Shown in pieces: positions 51,565 to 64,000 of a DNA stretch of 64,000 bases (position 1 is the stretch's first letter; each line of letters starts with the position of its first letter). Source of the DNA: Eledone cirrhosa (lineage: Eukaryota); the NCBI GenBank assembly GCA_964016885.1, contig OZ024744.1, positions 63,550,001-63,614,000 of the forward strand. Direction: 5' to 3'. The notes under the pieces were generated by a model. The model had not been told where the DNA came from. It searched no databases and saw only the letters and a list, made by a program, of their open reading frames with translations. The position numbers were made by a program, and so were the translations under genes.

Positions 51565-52750
51565 GCACAAAGTAGAAGATACATTCTTTCAGCCACGCTT
51601 ATATTTATAAATATAGACACACCTATACATTATATACACACACGCATATATATATATATATTTATTTATATATATATATATACACACACAACTGGAGTAC
51701 CATTTTGTTAATTTTGTAAAAAAACGTACAGAAAGTAATAATAATAATCTTTTTTCTTGGAAAACTGCATTGTCCAAGGAAAGAGACTTACAGTAGGGTT
51801 TTTTAAAATAGATTTTTTTTTTGTTAACCTGAAAAAAAACGAATAGGAGAATAAATATTAAAAAATAACAACAACAAAAAATACAAAACAGGTTCGCGGA
51901 TATTTTTGCACTTCAATGACGATGAATGACGAATCGGATTCTGGCCGTAGATTGGTAGGTTTTTTTTTCCTCCCTATGCAATATATACCAAAAGGTTATG
52001 TATTTTAACTGGGAATTAAAAACTATGTCAGCCAATGAATACACACGCACTCATTTACTACACAAACACACACAACAGGAACGAACAAGGAACCTTAATG
52101 TCTGTCTTTTGTTATTGATATGGTCTACTAAAAAAAAGCAACATATATCAATATATGCATATACATATCAACACTTATATATATACACACATACATGCAC
52201 ACGCACACATATTTGTGTGTGTGTTGGTTGACATAGTTTTTGATTTCCGCAGTTGAAACGCAACTTCCAATAAAAATAATATATATATATTTCCTATAAG
52301 TAAATCTGGTTAATATTTTTTTAAAAAGTGAAAAGAAGCGAATCTTCCGACGTCATAGAAAGCCGCCGTTTCATGTATATCACATTTACAACTATATACT
52401 ACAGTAGCCATCTTGTCAACATAAACTTCTCTCGCTTTTTCTCTCCCTATCTCTCACTCCTTCTTTCGCTCTTTTACTCTAGCTCTCTCTTACTCTTTAT
52501 AATAATAATTTTCTTTAATGTTGTTTTTTTTTTTTTTTATCTTAGCAGTCAATTATAAATAATGGCTAGCTCCAGTCATTTCTATTTCTTTATCAATCTA
52601 CATAATATTTCTTATCGAACACAATCTCGTCAAAGCATTCTGTTTTCATTTTTGTTTCATATATATGACCATTAGCATACATCACACGTGATCTACGTGT
52701 TCGCTCGACTTGCGAGAAATAACAGCCTCAAATCTCCCTAAAATAGCATT
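51015..52750. promoter_or_regulatory. CpG-retaining unique region; candidate host promoter and first exons
   Basis: Local CpG excess; GTCACGT 51032, TGACGTAA 51151, TCACATGAC 51172, TGACGT 51193, GACGTCA 52349, YY1-like GCCATCTT 52407, CACGTG 52685. Confidence 0.4.
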
Positions 52751-52929
52751 TCGTCTTATAAAAAGGGTAGGTTGCACATTAGATGTTGCACTTCTAGATA
52801 CCCCATTCACCTAAAGACGGTGGTCATGAGTGAAATGCTTTTTGAGTATGGCTGACATGGAGCTAAACATCAGCACATTGTATAAGTATGCAGAGATGAG
52901 TGTGTGTTTGTACACACGTTTTTGTATAT

Positions 52930-53100
52930 AAGCGCAAGCATGACTGGTTAAGTTTAATTCGTAACCACGTGGTTTCAGGTTCGCTCCCACAGCGCAAACC
53001 TTAGGTTAATTGTCTGCCACTAGAGCCTAGGCTTGACCAATGCCCTGTGAGTGAAATTTGTTTGATGGAAGCCTGCAGGATCACCCCTCGTGTGTGTGTC
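52930..53100 (+). mobile_element. Old tRNA-derived SINE remnant
   Basis: Decayed A/B boxes (tggttaag...ggttcgctccc) followed by gaccaatgccctgtgagtgaaatttg. Confidence 0.55.
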
Positions 53101-53429
53101 TGATTAGGACGTGGCTGTGTTTATGTCTGTAAAAAAAAAATAGCGTTAGGTGAACATGGTTAACTGAATTATTTGATGATTGTGCCCTAGCTTGAGCACG
53201 GTCAAATGCATACACATGTATCAGTATATTTATATACTGTGTACATGTGCACTGTATGGTGTTGCAGAAAGCATCGAAATCCAATACGAAAAATATCTAA
53301 ACTGATTCGATGAGAAACTCAAACACACCCGACATGCTTATGAGTGCTGTATACACGATACCCACAGAAAAATACTGGATAATCGCTCATCCCCCCCCCC
53401 CCAAAAAAAAAAAATAAAGGGCTAGCAAG

Positions 53430-54370
53430 CTCTTTTAAATGAGTGAGGCTCTATGCATGAATGAATGTTGGATTGCAAAAGCTCGTGAAACTGAGGGATG
53501 CACAATTTCTGTGGTGCAATAAAAGCTCTCTCTATGGCACTAGTCAAGTAATCTCAACTGAAATGATCAGTCACCAACAGTGAAAGTTTTAAGAACATAT
53601 CAACCATTTCTTAAACTAACGGATCAAACAGTTAATAGTTTTATCATCCACCATTTTGACAGCCCCACTGGCATTTGCTGGAGTTAATGCTTGTCGTCAA
53701 AACAAAATTTCCTGGGTCGGTTAACAACATTCCTGTAAAGATAGTGTGGGAAAGTGGTTACCTCTGCCCCCAAATGCCTCATTGCTACATCACATATACT
53801 TGCAACCAAGAGTATATCATTGAATATTGCAAGGATGCTAAAATCATCATTCATCATTTACAAAAACGAGGGTGAAAAATGTTTTTTCCAACAGTAGGTG
53901 TATAGCACTCGTGTCCACTGCTGGCCAAAGTTATACTCAGATTTACCCAACTAATATAAAGAAAATATCACACCAATAATCTCAATGTGGTATCCATAGT
54001 CAAGATGGTCTTTGTTTATAAGGCAGCTTCAAGAAATACAGGGCCACAACATCGGGGCATGTTTAATTAAATTTGTGTATTTGTTGAAAGGCTTTTGGAC
54101 CTGTAAACAGGGAACCTCTGTGAGATATTCTTAGAAAGTTTGGTTGTCCACCTAAATTCGTGAATTTCTTCTGTCTATTATGTTCGAGATTTTTATTGTA
54201 AAAACAGGTGTGAAGATAAGGCTGTCTGCTGGTTACTTGCTGTACTGTTTCCTTTTCTTGTGCGTGACCATGCTATATAATAACAAAGTTACACTATACT
54301 GATTGTTTTCTAGGAGCTCGCACTCTGAAAGTACTGCAGGTTATCGCTTTATCAATCATTACAGCTTATG
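53430..54370. mobile_element. Very degenerate RTE (BovB-like) fragments on both strands
   Basis: Plus strand ILRKFGCPPKFVN at about 54125; the minus-strand C-terminal remnant at about 53430-53930 is weakly recognisable. Confidence 0.5.
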
Positions 54371-54915
54371 AAAGCATGGGCCTTACAAGAGATGGAAGTC
54401 ATCTACCAATTATACATTGGCAACCTTGTTCTTCCTCATTTTCTCAGTATAACACCAACAACTAACTGCACCCTCCTAATACCTGGGCAACAACATTTCC
54501 AATTACTACTATACACTGGACGACGAGATTCAAAATCTCTTTAGATTAGTGTCGATTATTATTTGAAAGACATTTTGTCTACTGGACAGTTTGTTTCCAT
54601 TCTCTATTATTGGTACGATACATGAACCACATACACCCGACATATTCCGATTCTGGGGGCTCTTAAACGTTAAAGGTTGATATAATGAGGAAAAATCCAC
54701 TCTGCAGAAGCATGGATTGGGCGAGCTTAGAATCGGTAATCACCATACGTAAATGGGACATTATTTATCCAACATAATTCATTTTACATTAATTTAAATC
54801 AATAATTTCTTTTTATATTCAATTAAATAAACTACAATTTTCTTTGCTAATAGTCGGGCAATAAAATGAAATCCACAGTATCTGGTTGATATGGATATTT
54901 AAATTCCAAATGATT

Positions 54916-55571
54916 TATTAGTAAAAGAAAAGGAAATATTGCAACATGACTTTTCTGTATCTGCAGGAATTTTGTATATGTAAAAAAATTTTTTTAAATA
55001 CTGGACATAGCGTTCCTTTGAAAATAGAGAGAAGGGATTTACAATACCAGACTTATTGCTACCTAGGGTTTAAAGAAATATCTATAAACCGAACTTACCG
55101 TTATCCATTGTCTCTTTGAAAGTAGAGTGTCATGATTTAAAGAAATGCTATTTCAATACTGGACATTGGCCCTTTGAAAATAGTGAAGTGATTTAAAGAA
55201 ACTTTATTATAACACCAGACATACTGTTACCCATGATCACAAAATACAGGTGTTCAGGTAATGAGAATACATTGATGTCTAACAGTGGGATTGTAGGAAT
55301 GGACAGTTGCACTGATTCTCACCTGACTATTACTTCTAGCTCTTACTCCAGGGCCTTTTCCTGCCAAACCCTAGTAAGTACTTCTAGAGACAGGCTAAAC
55401 TTAGTAAGGGACTGGACGTTTTAAGAGGAGATAGGCACACTGAAAAGCCATGATGGACACATTCACAAGTTGATTATTTACCAATTAATTATTTTGAATT
55501 TGCATTTACAAAATTCCTGCAGATACGTGGAAAATTAGCGTCCCATGCATGTTTCTTTTCTTTTACTAATA
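54916..55571. mobile_element. Putative old DNA-transposon derivative with imperfect TIRs of about 70 bp
   Basis: tattagtaaaagaaaag...gtatctgcaggaattttgta at the left end and its reverse complement at 55498-55571. Confidence 0.55.
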
Positions 55572-55578
55572 CATTATA

Positions 55579-55620
<42 letters not shown>

Positions 55621-57016
55621 AAATGCACTTTACCTGATCTGATTGATTTATATATATATATATATATATATATTCACTATATTGCCTGACCAATTATATA
55701 CGGCGATTGCCAAAATTCTGTAATACGTAATGGAGACATAAAACAAAGAAACAGTATAAAATCTGTCGAATATTGTTACAATGATAAATGATGATAATAA
55801 TAATTGTTTCTACTTTAGGCACAAGGCCAGCAATTACTCAGTACATCGCTGGTACTTTATTTTGTTACAATGATAAATGATAATAATAATAATGATTTCT
55901 ACTATGGGCACAAGGGCAGCAATTTGGGGAAAGGGGGAAAGTCGGTTAAATCGACATCAGTGCATTACTGGTGCTTTATTTTATCGACCTCGTAATTATT
56001 ATTATTATTTCGAAACTGAATCATCTCAAACTTTTGTTGTTTTCTTCTATAACATACAAATGGCTTCAATAAAACTATTTTATTTCCACTTTCCCTCGCT
56101 GAGGAGCAGCATTTATTTAGGAAATTAATATAAGGAATTTGTATCAAATTGTTTTAAATCAGTATTTTTTCAATGATATTCCATAGTTTTACTTTCTTAC
56201 GTAATGTTCTATCTTTTTAAATTTTATGATTAGTTTATTTATTATCAACCTCCATAATTTCTCAAAACATACTTCTTGTTGCTGTTGTTAAACTACCGTA
56301 TCGGACCCAAATCTTTTTATTAATGTCATCTTTGTGTGTGTGTTGTTTTATCAAACATTTCAACTTAGTTTATTTCAATTTTAATTATCATTTGATAAAA
56401 GATATTCTAATATTAAACAATCTTAAAAAGAAGTATACATTTTTATATTTCTTGGATCACCTCGTGTCACTGTTACAAAAATAACAAAAAAAATAAAACA
56501 TTTACGGTTGACCTACAAACGTGACAGTGAAACGTTATAATATCAAATATAAACAGAAGCTATCTGGTTCATATTTTTTTTCTATTTATTCCTAATCTTC
56601 TATTACAAATCTGGGACCCAATTAAGTACCCGTACATATGTGTATTTTAGGGGGATCCAGCGAATTAATTTATATTATGATTAGTTCGGGTAGGTAATTA
56701 AAGAAAAAAAATGTTACTGTAGATGAATTGTTGCAGAGGAAATACACTTAGAAATCTATTTTAAGTGACCAATAGAATTCTTATTTTGCATAACGACGCC
56801 ATAACATTGTAGCAAAAACATTCTATTTGATTCTTATAAACTAAGACATACTAGAAACTTTTCTTTAAGTTACTTTGGGCGACAATTATATCGATATACA
56901 TACATGCATAATGTATACAACCCTCGCTGCACGCGCATGGATATAATACAAATCGGTTGATTTATTTATGTGCTTCTGATAACAAATGATTAAACATAGC
57001 ACTTTAAACTTAATAC

Positions 57017-57048
<32 letters not shown>

Positions 57049-58261
57049 TTTCTGTAAGTTTTCGTTTGTGAACACAATTTTATTCGTAGAATGAGTTTTA
57101 TATTCATCATAATTCATCCAGATACAAACTTCCTTTTTCGTGCCCTTGAAAACTGTTTTTTGCATGCTTTCATAGTAAGCTTCTCGGCAAAATCATTCGT
57201 ATAAAATCAACCGATCCGATGTACCGGGTGATATGATTACACGATTATAATTAAAGAAGTGACTGAAAAATAAAAGCGAAAAATATATACAAAATATTTA
57301 GAAATATATATGCGTACACATACAGTCAGATAAGTCGAAACTGCCCAAGTCCATCTCAATGGAGTTGTGTCCTTCGTTTGTATATGTATTTAAAATAATA
57401 ATTTTTAAGGTTTTCCCTTAAAAGATTGTTTTTCGTTTTATTTTGTTTTCGTTGTCTTGTCCTTTAATTTTATTAAGTTATACACACACACATACATATA
57501 TATCTATATATACTGTATATATATATACTGTTTATGTATATATACTGTGTATATATATATACTGTGTATGTATATACTGTGTATATATATACTGTGTATG
57601 TATATACTGTATATATATATACTGTATCCACGCTGTAATGTGGCCGTGTAGGTAACACGGTAAAAACCTCCCAGTCCACACTGTAAACGTGGTTGGCCAT
57701 CCAGCCGTAGAAAACCCGCCAGACGGTGCTATACGAACAAGACGACCGCTCTTGCCTCAAGATATGTATATATATATATGGTATATATTTGTATATATAT
57801 ATATGTATATATATATATGGTATATATTTGTATATATATATAGTATATATATATAGTGTATATATATATATATATATACATATATATACTATATAGTATA
57901 TATAAATACTATATATATATATAAATACTATATATATATATATATATATACTATATAGTATGTATATATATATATATATACTATATAGTATGTATATATA
58001 TATATATATATATACTATATATATGTATATATATATACTATATATATGTATATATATATACTATATATATATATATATACTATATATATGTATATATATA
58101 TACTATATATATGTATATATATATACTATATATATATATATACATAGTATATATAAATATATATATATATTATAAATATATATATATATTATATATATAT
58201 ATATATATATACATATGTATATATATAGTATATGTATATATATAGTATATGTATATGTCTA

Positions 58262-58461
58262 NNNNNNNNNNNNNNNNNNNNNNNNNNNNNNNNNNNNNNN
58301 NNNNNNNNNNNNNNNNNNNNNNNNNNNNNNNNNNNNNNNNNNNNNNNNNNNNNNNNNNNNNNNNNNNNNNNNNNNNNNNNNNNNNNNNNNNNNNNNNNNN
58401 NNNNNNNNNNNNNNNNNNNNNNNNNNNNNNNNNNNNNNNNNNNNNNNNNNNNNNNNNNNNN
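58262..58461. other. Assembly gap (200 N)
   Basis: Run of N. Confidence 1.
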
Positions 58462-58626
58462 GAGCCCACAGCAAGACACGAGGGAAACCTAAGGGCAGCA
58501 GCAACAGACTCCCTCCTACACCAGTGGCCAACCTATACAGGCTGGAGATAAAATGTGTAGCAACAAGGGCGGTGCCACAGCATGGCCTCAGCCGGATGGC
58601 TGAAACAGGTAAAAGAGCAAAAGAGA

Positions 58627-58629
<3 letters not shown>
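58462..58629 (+). mobile_element. 3' tail of a LINE or SINE, cut by the gap
   Basis: ggcggtgccacagcatggcc...gctgaaacaggtaaaagagcaaaagag resembles an octopus retroposon tail as I recall it. Confidence 0.5.
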
Positions 58630-58669
<40 letters not shown>

Positions 58670-58720
58670 CATATATGTATATATATATATGTATATATAT
58701 GTATATATATATATGTTTAT

Positions 58721-58770
<50 letters not shown>

Positions 58771-58833
58771 GTATATGTATATATGTATATGTATATATGT
58801 ATATGTATATATATATATGTATATATATATATG

Positions 58834-58864
<31 letters not shown>

Positions 58865-59001
58865 GTATATATATGTATATGTATATATGTATATATATAT
58901 ATGTATATATGTATATGTATATATGTATATATGTATATGTATATATGTATATGTGTATATATGTATATGTGTATATATGTATATATGTATATATATATAT
59001 G

Positions 59002-59032
<31 letters not shown>

Positions 59033-59041
59033 GTATATATG

Positions 59042-59074
<33 letters not shown>

Positions 59075-59185
59075 GTATATATGTATATATATATATATGT
59101 ATATATATATGTATATATATGTATATATATATATATGTATAGATATATATATGTATATATATATATATGTATATATATATATGTG

Positions 59186-59232
<47 letters not shown>

Positions 59233-59258
59233 GTATATATATATGTATATATATATAT

Positions 59259-59520
59259 GAGGTGGTATGGACATGTGATGCGCATGGAGGATGACCGATG
59301 GGTGAAGAAGTGCCAGGAAATGCCAGTTGAAGGAAGACGTGGTAGAGGTAGACCACGAAAAACATGGGCGGAGGTGGTGAGAACAGACCTCAGATCATTG
59401 AAGCTCACGGTGGAGATGACGAGGGACCGTGACGAGTGGAGAGATGCTGTGCTGAATAAGACCCATCCCACCCTGGCAAGCAGGGAAAAGCGGACGTAAA
59501 ATGATGATGATGATGATGAT
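59259..59520 (+). mobile_element. RTE LINE 3' fragment (short-tail family)
   Basis: [32 protein letters not shown] followed by (ATG)n. Confidence 0.9.
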
Positions 59521-59637
59521 ATATATATGTATATATATATGTATATATATATGTGTATATGTATATGTGTATATGTATATATATATATGTATATATATAT
59601 GTATATATATATGTATATATATATATGTATATATATG

Positions 59638-59673
<36 letters not shown>

Positions 59674-59775
59674 TATGTGTATATATATATATATATATGT
59701 GTATATATATATATATGTATATATATATGTATATATATGTATATGTATATATATGTATATGTATATATATGTATA

Positions 59776-61230
59776 GGCGATGCACTAGATAGAGGAAACT
59801 ATAGAGGTATAAAGTTGATGGACCAGGTCATGAAAGTAACAGAAAGAGTTATAGCACAGCTGATTAGGGACCGGGTGAATATAGACGAGATGCAATTTGG
59901 GTTTGTTCCAGGGAAAGGCACCACTGATGCGCTCTTCCTTGTGAGGCAATTACAGGAAAAGTACCTAGCTAAAAGTAAGCCACTCTACTTGGCATTTGTC
60001 GACCTTGAGAAAGCCTTTGACAGAGTTCCACGTGCAGTAATCTGGTGGGCTCTTAGAAAACTAGGAGTAGATGAATGGCTTGTGAAAGCGGTACAAGCCA
60101 TGTATAGGGGAGCAGTCAGCAAAGTTAGGATTGGCAATGAGTATAGCGAGGAATTTAGCGTACAGGTTGGGGTCCACCAGGGCTCTGTTCTTAGCCCTCT
60201 CCTGTTCATCATAGTCCTGCAGGCAATAACGGAGGAGTTTAAGACCGGATGCCCATGGGAACTCCTGTATGCTGATGACCTCGCACTCATAGCTGAATCT
60301 ATGGTAGAACTAGAGAATAAATTCCAAACCTGGAAGCAGGGACTAGAGAGAAAGGGCCTCAAAGTCAACATGACAAAGACTAAGGTCCTTATAAGTAGAC
60401 GAGAAAACAGAACCCAGATCCCCTCAGGGAAATGGCCTTGCTCAGTATGTAGGAAAGGTGTAGGTAGGAACTCCATTCTCTGCCCCAAATGCAAACAATG
60501 GGTACACAAGAGATGTAGCGGGATCTCAGGAAGCTTAATTAAGAATGTAGGATTCACATGCAGCAGCTGTGCTGAAACAGCAAGCAAACAGCCACAGGAA
60601 ACAAGTACCACCAATCTCTGGGAGGGCCCTGTAGAAACAGTAGACAGCTTCTGCTACCTAGGTGACCGAATTAGCAACGGAGGTGGGTGCTCAGAAAGTA
60701 CAATAACTAGGGTAAGAACGGGATGGAAGAAGTTTAGGGAACTACTACCACTGCTAGCTGCAAAAGGCTTCTCCCTCAGAATGAAAGGCAGACTGTATGA
60801 TGCGTGTATCCGAACAGCGATGTTGCATGGTAGTGAGACCTGGGCGCTGAAGGTGGAAGACTTACGTAGATTAGAGAGAAACGAAGCCTGCATGCTCCGA
60901 TGGATGTGTAACAGTAATATACGTGAACGACAAAGCATAAATGAATTGAGAGAGAGACTGAGCATAAGAGGAATCAAATGCTGCGTGCAGGAGAGGCGGT
61001 TACGCTGGTATGGACATGTGATGCGTATGAAGGATGACAGCTGCATAAAAAGGTGCAGAGCACTAGAAGTTGATGGAAACCGCGGAGTGGGGAGACCCAA
61101 GATGACTTGGGATGAGGTGATAAAAGCCGACCTTACCCAACTACACCTCTCAAAGTCAATGACACACGACCGTGACTTCTGGCGTCACGCAGTAATACAG
61201 GGTACCCGACCTCCCATGGGTACATGCTGA
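59776..61230 (+). CDS. Uninterrupted 5'-truncated RTE reverse transcriptase ORF with an embedded PHD-like finger; the 3' UTR and (GAT)n tail extend to 61538
   Basis: [44 protein letters not shown]-x9-CPKC-x3-VHKRC-x14-[19 protein letters not shown]. The ORF-track N-terminus (59527-59775) is only microsatellite. Confidence 0.93.
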   Translation, partial: GDALDRGNYRGIKLMDQVMKVTERVIAQLIRDRVNIDEMQFGFVPGKGTTDALFLVRQLQEKYLAKSKPLYLAFVDLEKAFDRVPRAVIWWALRKLGVDEWLVKAVQAMYRGAVSKVRIGNEYSEEFSVQVGVHQGSVLSPLLFIIVLQAITEEFKTGCPWELLYADDLALIAESMVELENKFQTWKQGLERKGLKVNMTKTKVLISRRENRTQIPSGKWPCSVCRKGVGRNSILCPKCKQWVHKRCSGISGSLIKNVGFTCSSCAETASKQPQETSTTNLWEGPVETVDSFCYLGDRISNGGGCSESTITRVRTGWKKFRELLPLLAAKGFSLRMKGRLYDACIRTAMLHGSETWALKVEDLRRLERNEACMLRWMCNSNIRERQSINELRERLSIRGIKCCVQERRLRWYGHVMRMKDDSCIKRCRALEVDGNRGVGRPKMTWDEVIKADLTQLHLSKSMTHDRDFWRHAVIQGTRPPMGTC

Positions 61231-61978
61231 AGCATATAAACAATATGCCCCCCCCCCCCTCCCCCACCGCAAGGTGGTCGTGGAGGTGCCACGGCAAAAA
61301 AGCACCCAGCCCACACTGTAAAGTGGACGTGTAGGCGCCACGAAAAAGCACCCAGCACTCACTGTAAATGAGGTTGGTGTTAGGAAGGGCATCCAGCTGT
61401 AGAAATCAAGCCAGATCAGTTCCTGTATGAGCAAGGCATGGTCAGCCGACCAGACACTGCCCACAACAGGACAACCCGTCTAACCCATGCTAGCGTGGAA
61501 GAACGGACGTAAAACGGTGATGATGATGATGATGATGATATATATGTATATATATGTATATAGATAAATTTTATATTTTATATGTATATATATGTATATA
61601 TATATATGTATATATATATGTATATATATATATATATGTATATATATGTATATATATGTATATGTATATATATGTATATATATGTATATATATGTATATG
61701 TATATATATGTATATATATGTATGTATATGTATATATATGTATATATATATATGTATATATATATATGTATATATATGTATGTATATATATGTTTACATA
61801 TATATGTATACATATATATGTATATATATATATGTATATATATGTATATATATATATATATGTATATATATGTATATATATATATATGTATATATATGTA
61901 TATATATATATGTATATATATATATGTATATATATGTATATATATATATGTATATATATATATGTATATATATATATG

Positions 61979-62109
<131 letters not shown>

Positions 62110-62132
62110 GTATATATGTATATATATATATG

Positions 62133-62163
<31 letters not shown>

Positions 62164-62164
62164 G

Positions 62165-62231
<67 letters not shown>

Positions 62232-62242
62232 GTATATATATG

Positions 62243-62310
<68 letters not shown>

Positions 62311-62505
62311 TATGTATGTAGATAAATCTACCAAGAGTTTACGGTAGTGTCCAATCCGTATGAAGAACTCAATGTATTCCGGATATCATGGAAAGAAGAG
62401 ATGTAATGAAAATCCACTTTCGGTGAAAGATAAACGGTATACAGAGTCAAGATAAAATATTAAACAAATAATGAATAAACAATTCCTTATATTAAACAAA
62501 AAAAG

Positions 62506-62660
62506 TTCATTATTTAACGATCGTTTCTAGGGTATATATGTGTTATAATTGGTATGCATATTCAACAGATCTATGTACAAAATTATACAAAATTATACAA
62601 ATTATCAAGATTAAATATACATACCTAACACATATATACGCCGTCTTCAGAAATAATGAA
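62506..62660 (-). ncRNA. Orphan type-I hammerhead ribozyme with a long stem II
   Basis: Minus strand: 10-bp stem I ttcattattt/aaataatgaa; CTGAAGA; 14-bp helix gtatatatgtgtta/taacacatatatac; GAAA-C-gatc-G-T-T. Confidence 0.78.
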
Positions 62661-63479
62661 GTATATTTATTGATAATAACAACAATTCAAAATATCAGTT
62701 CAAAATTGACCAATGAAAACACAAAGGGTTAAAAGCAGTTCGGTGTGTGTATATACATGTAAAATCCTTACACATATTTTACAATAATGTGTGTATAATT
62801 TGTATGCGCATACTAAAAAGATGGATGCAAACACAAAATTTCAAGGTTAATATCTCTGTAAGCTTAATGCGCTGATAAGATGCGCATTGATACTTATGGA
62901 GTCAAGCATATAAATATATTTTTTCATACTCACACATATCAGTATAATCACACATACATGCGCGTATATGCATAAATATACACATAACCACGAACATACA
63001 AACACACACACTCCCCCACTCACATTTATATATGTGGATATAAAATCATAAGCACATAGAAATTAAGTCACTCACATAAAACACTGGCACACACATTTCA
63101 AGATCAAGATACAGAAATTAGGTGGGAGGGGGGGGAGGGGTCAGTATTCAATTGTCTGAGCAGACTGCCTAATATAAATGTATCTATAAATTAAGAAAAA
63201 TAAAAAAATAAAAACAATAAAATATAATAAATATATTATAATGTACATACACATACAGATATATATACACATACATACATGTACGCGCACATAGAGATAT
63301 TTACGCATACACACATACACACATACATATACAGTCATACACACACATACACTTACACGAACATACACATACACATATAAAAAGATATATATATACACAC
63401 ACACACGCGCAACACATACACACATACACATATATATAAAAAATAGATAATAAAGATATATATCCATATATATATATAT

Positions 63480-63532
<53 letters not shown>

Positions 63533-63617
63533 TATACATATACATACACATACATCTAAATATACATACACATACACACATACATGTACATACATGTACA
63601 TACATATACGCACATCG

Positions 63618-63667
<50 letters not shown>

Positions 63668-64000
63668 TCACATAGACATAAAGATACATACACACACAAC
63701 TTACATACACACGTATATATATATATATATATATATAGATGTACCTTCATACATAGAATTAGATATATAATCATACATACATATGCACCTACTTATACTC
63801 ATATAAATAAATACATACGCTTCCATATATGTGTATATACATAAAAAACAATACAACCTCACCAAACTCAGACATACAAATGAAAATAATAATAAAAAGG
63901 CATATGTATATATATACACACACGCATTAATAGAGATATATATATATACACACATACATACACATATATATATACATACACACACCCATATATACACATA

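Larger units (their letters stand above)
57480..59258. repeat. (TA)n/(TATG)n satellite blocks; further blocks at 59521-59775, 61540-62320 and 63240-64000
   Basis: Read directly. Confidence 0.95.

Noticed and set aside
55093-55110. Minus-strand ATG GAT AAC G|gtaagt as a possible first coding exon
   Set aside because: It lies inside a TIR-bounded repeat, and splicing to the 51828 candidate exon gives an immediate stop.

Overview
AT-rich animal genomic DNA with one 200-N assembly gap (58262-58461). The repeat content points to an octopus or other cephalopod, but this is inference from SINE tails and microsatellite density. The window is almost entirely nested transposable elements and microsatellites, and no convincing host protein-coding exon was found; most ORF-track entries are (TA)n/(TG)n artefacts. 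Recognisable content: (1) two families of Penelope-like elements (PLEs), namely Naiad-type RT+GIY-YIG copies at 1-1.5 kb, 4.1-7.8 kb and 30.1-33.2 kb and a second GIY-YIG family at 2.9, 23.5, 28.6 and 34.7 kb, with direct or inverted pseudo-LTRs; (2) seven readable minimal type-I hammerhead ribozyme motifs, six in PLE termini and one orphan at 62.5 kb; (3) RTE LINEs, including a family with a PHD-like Cys/His finger inside the RT ORF; (4) R4/Dong-like REL-endonuclease LINEs and L1/Tx1-like fragments; (5) several Helitrons, including a head-to-tail composite with a palindromic terminus inserted cleanly into a LINE codon; (6) piggyBac and hAT MITEs and several tRNA-SINE families. A CpG-rich unique segment at about 51.0-52.7 kb looks like a host promoter with short candidate exons. 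The most interesting signals are the PLE hammerheads, a twister-like fold shared by two putative retroelement 5' ends, and the composite Helitron.
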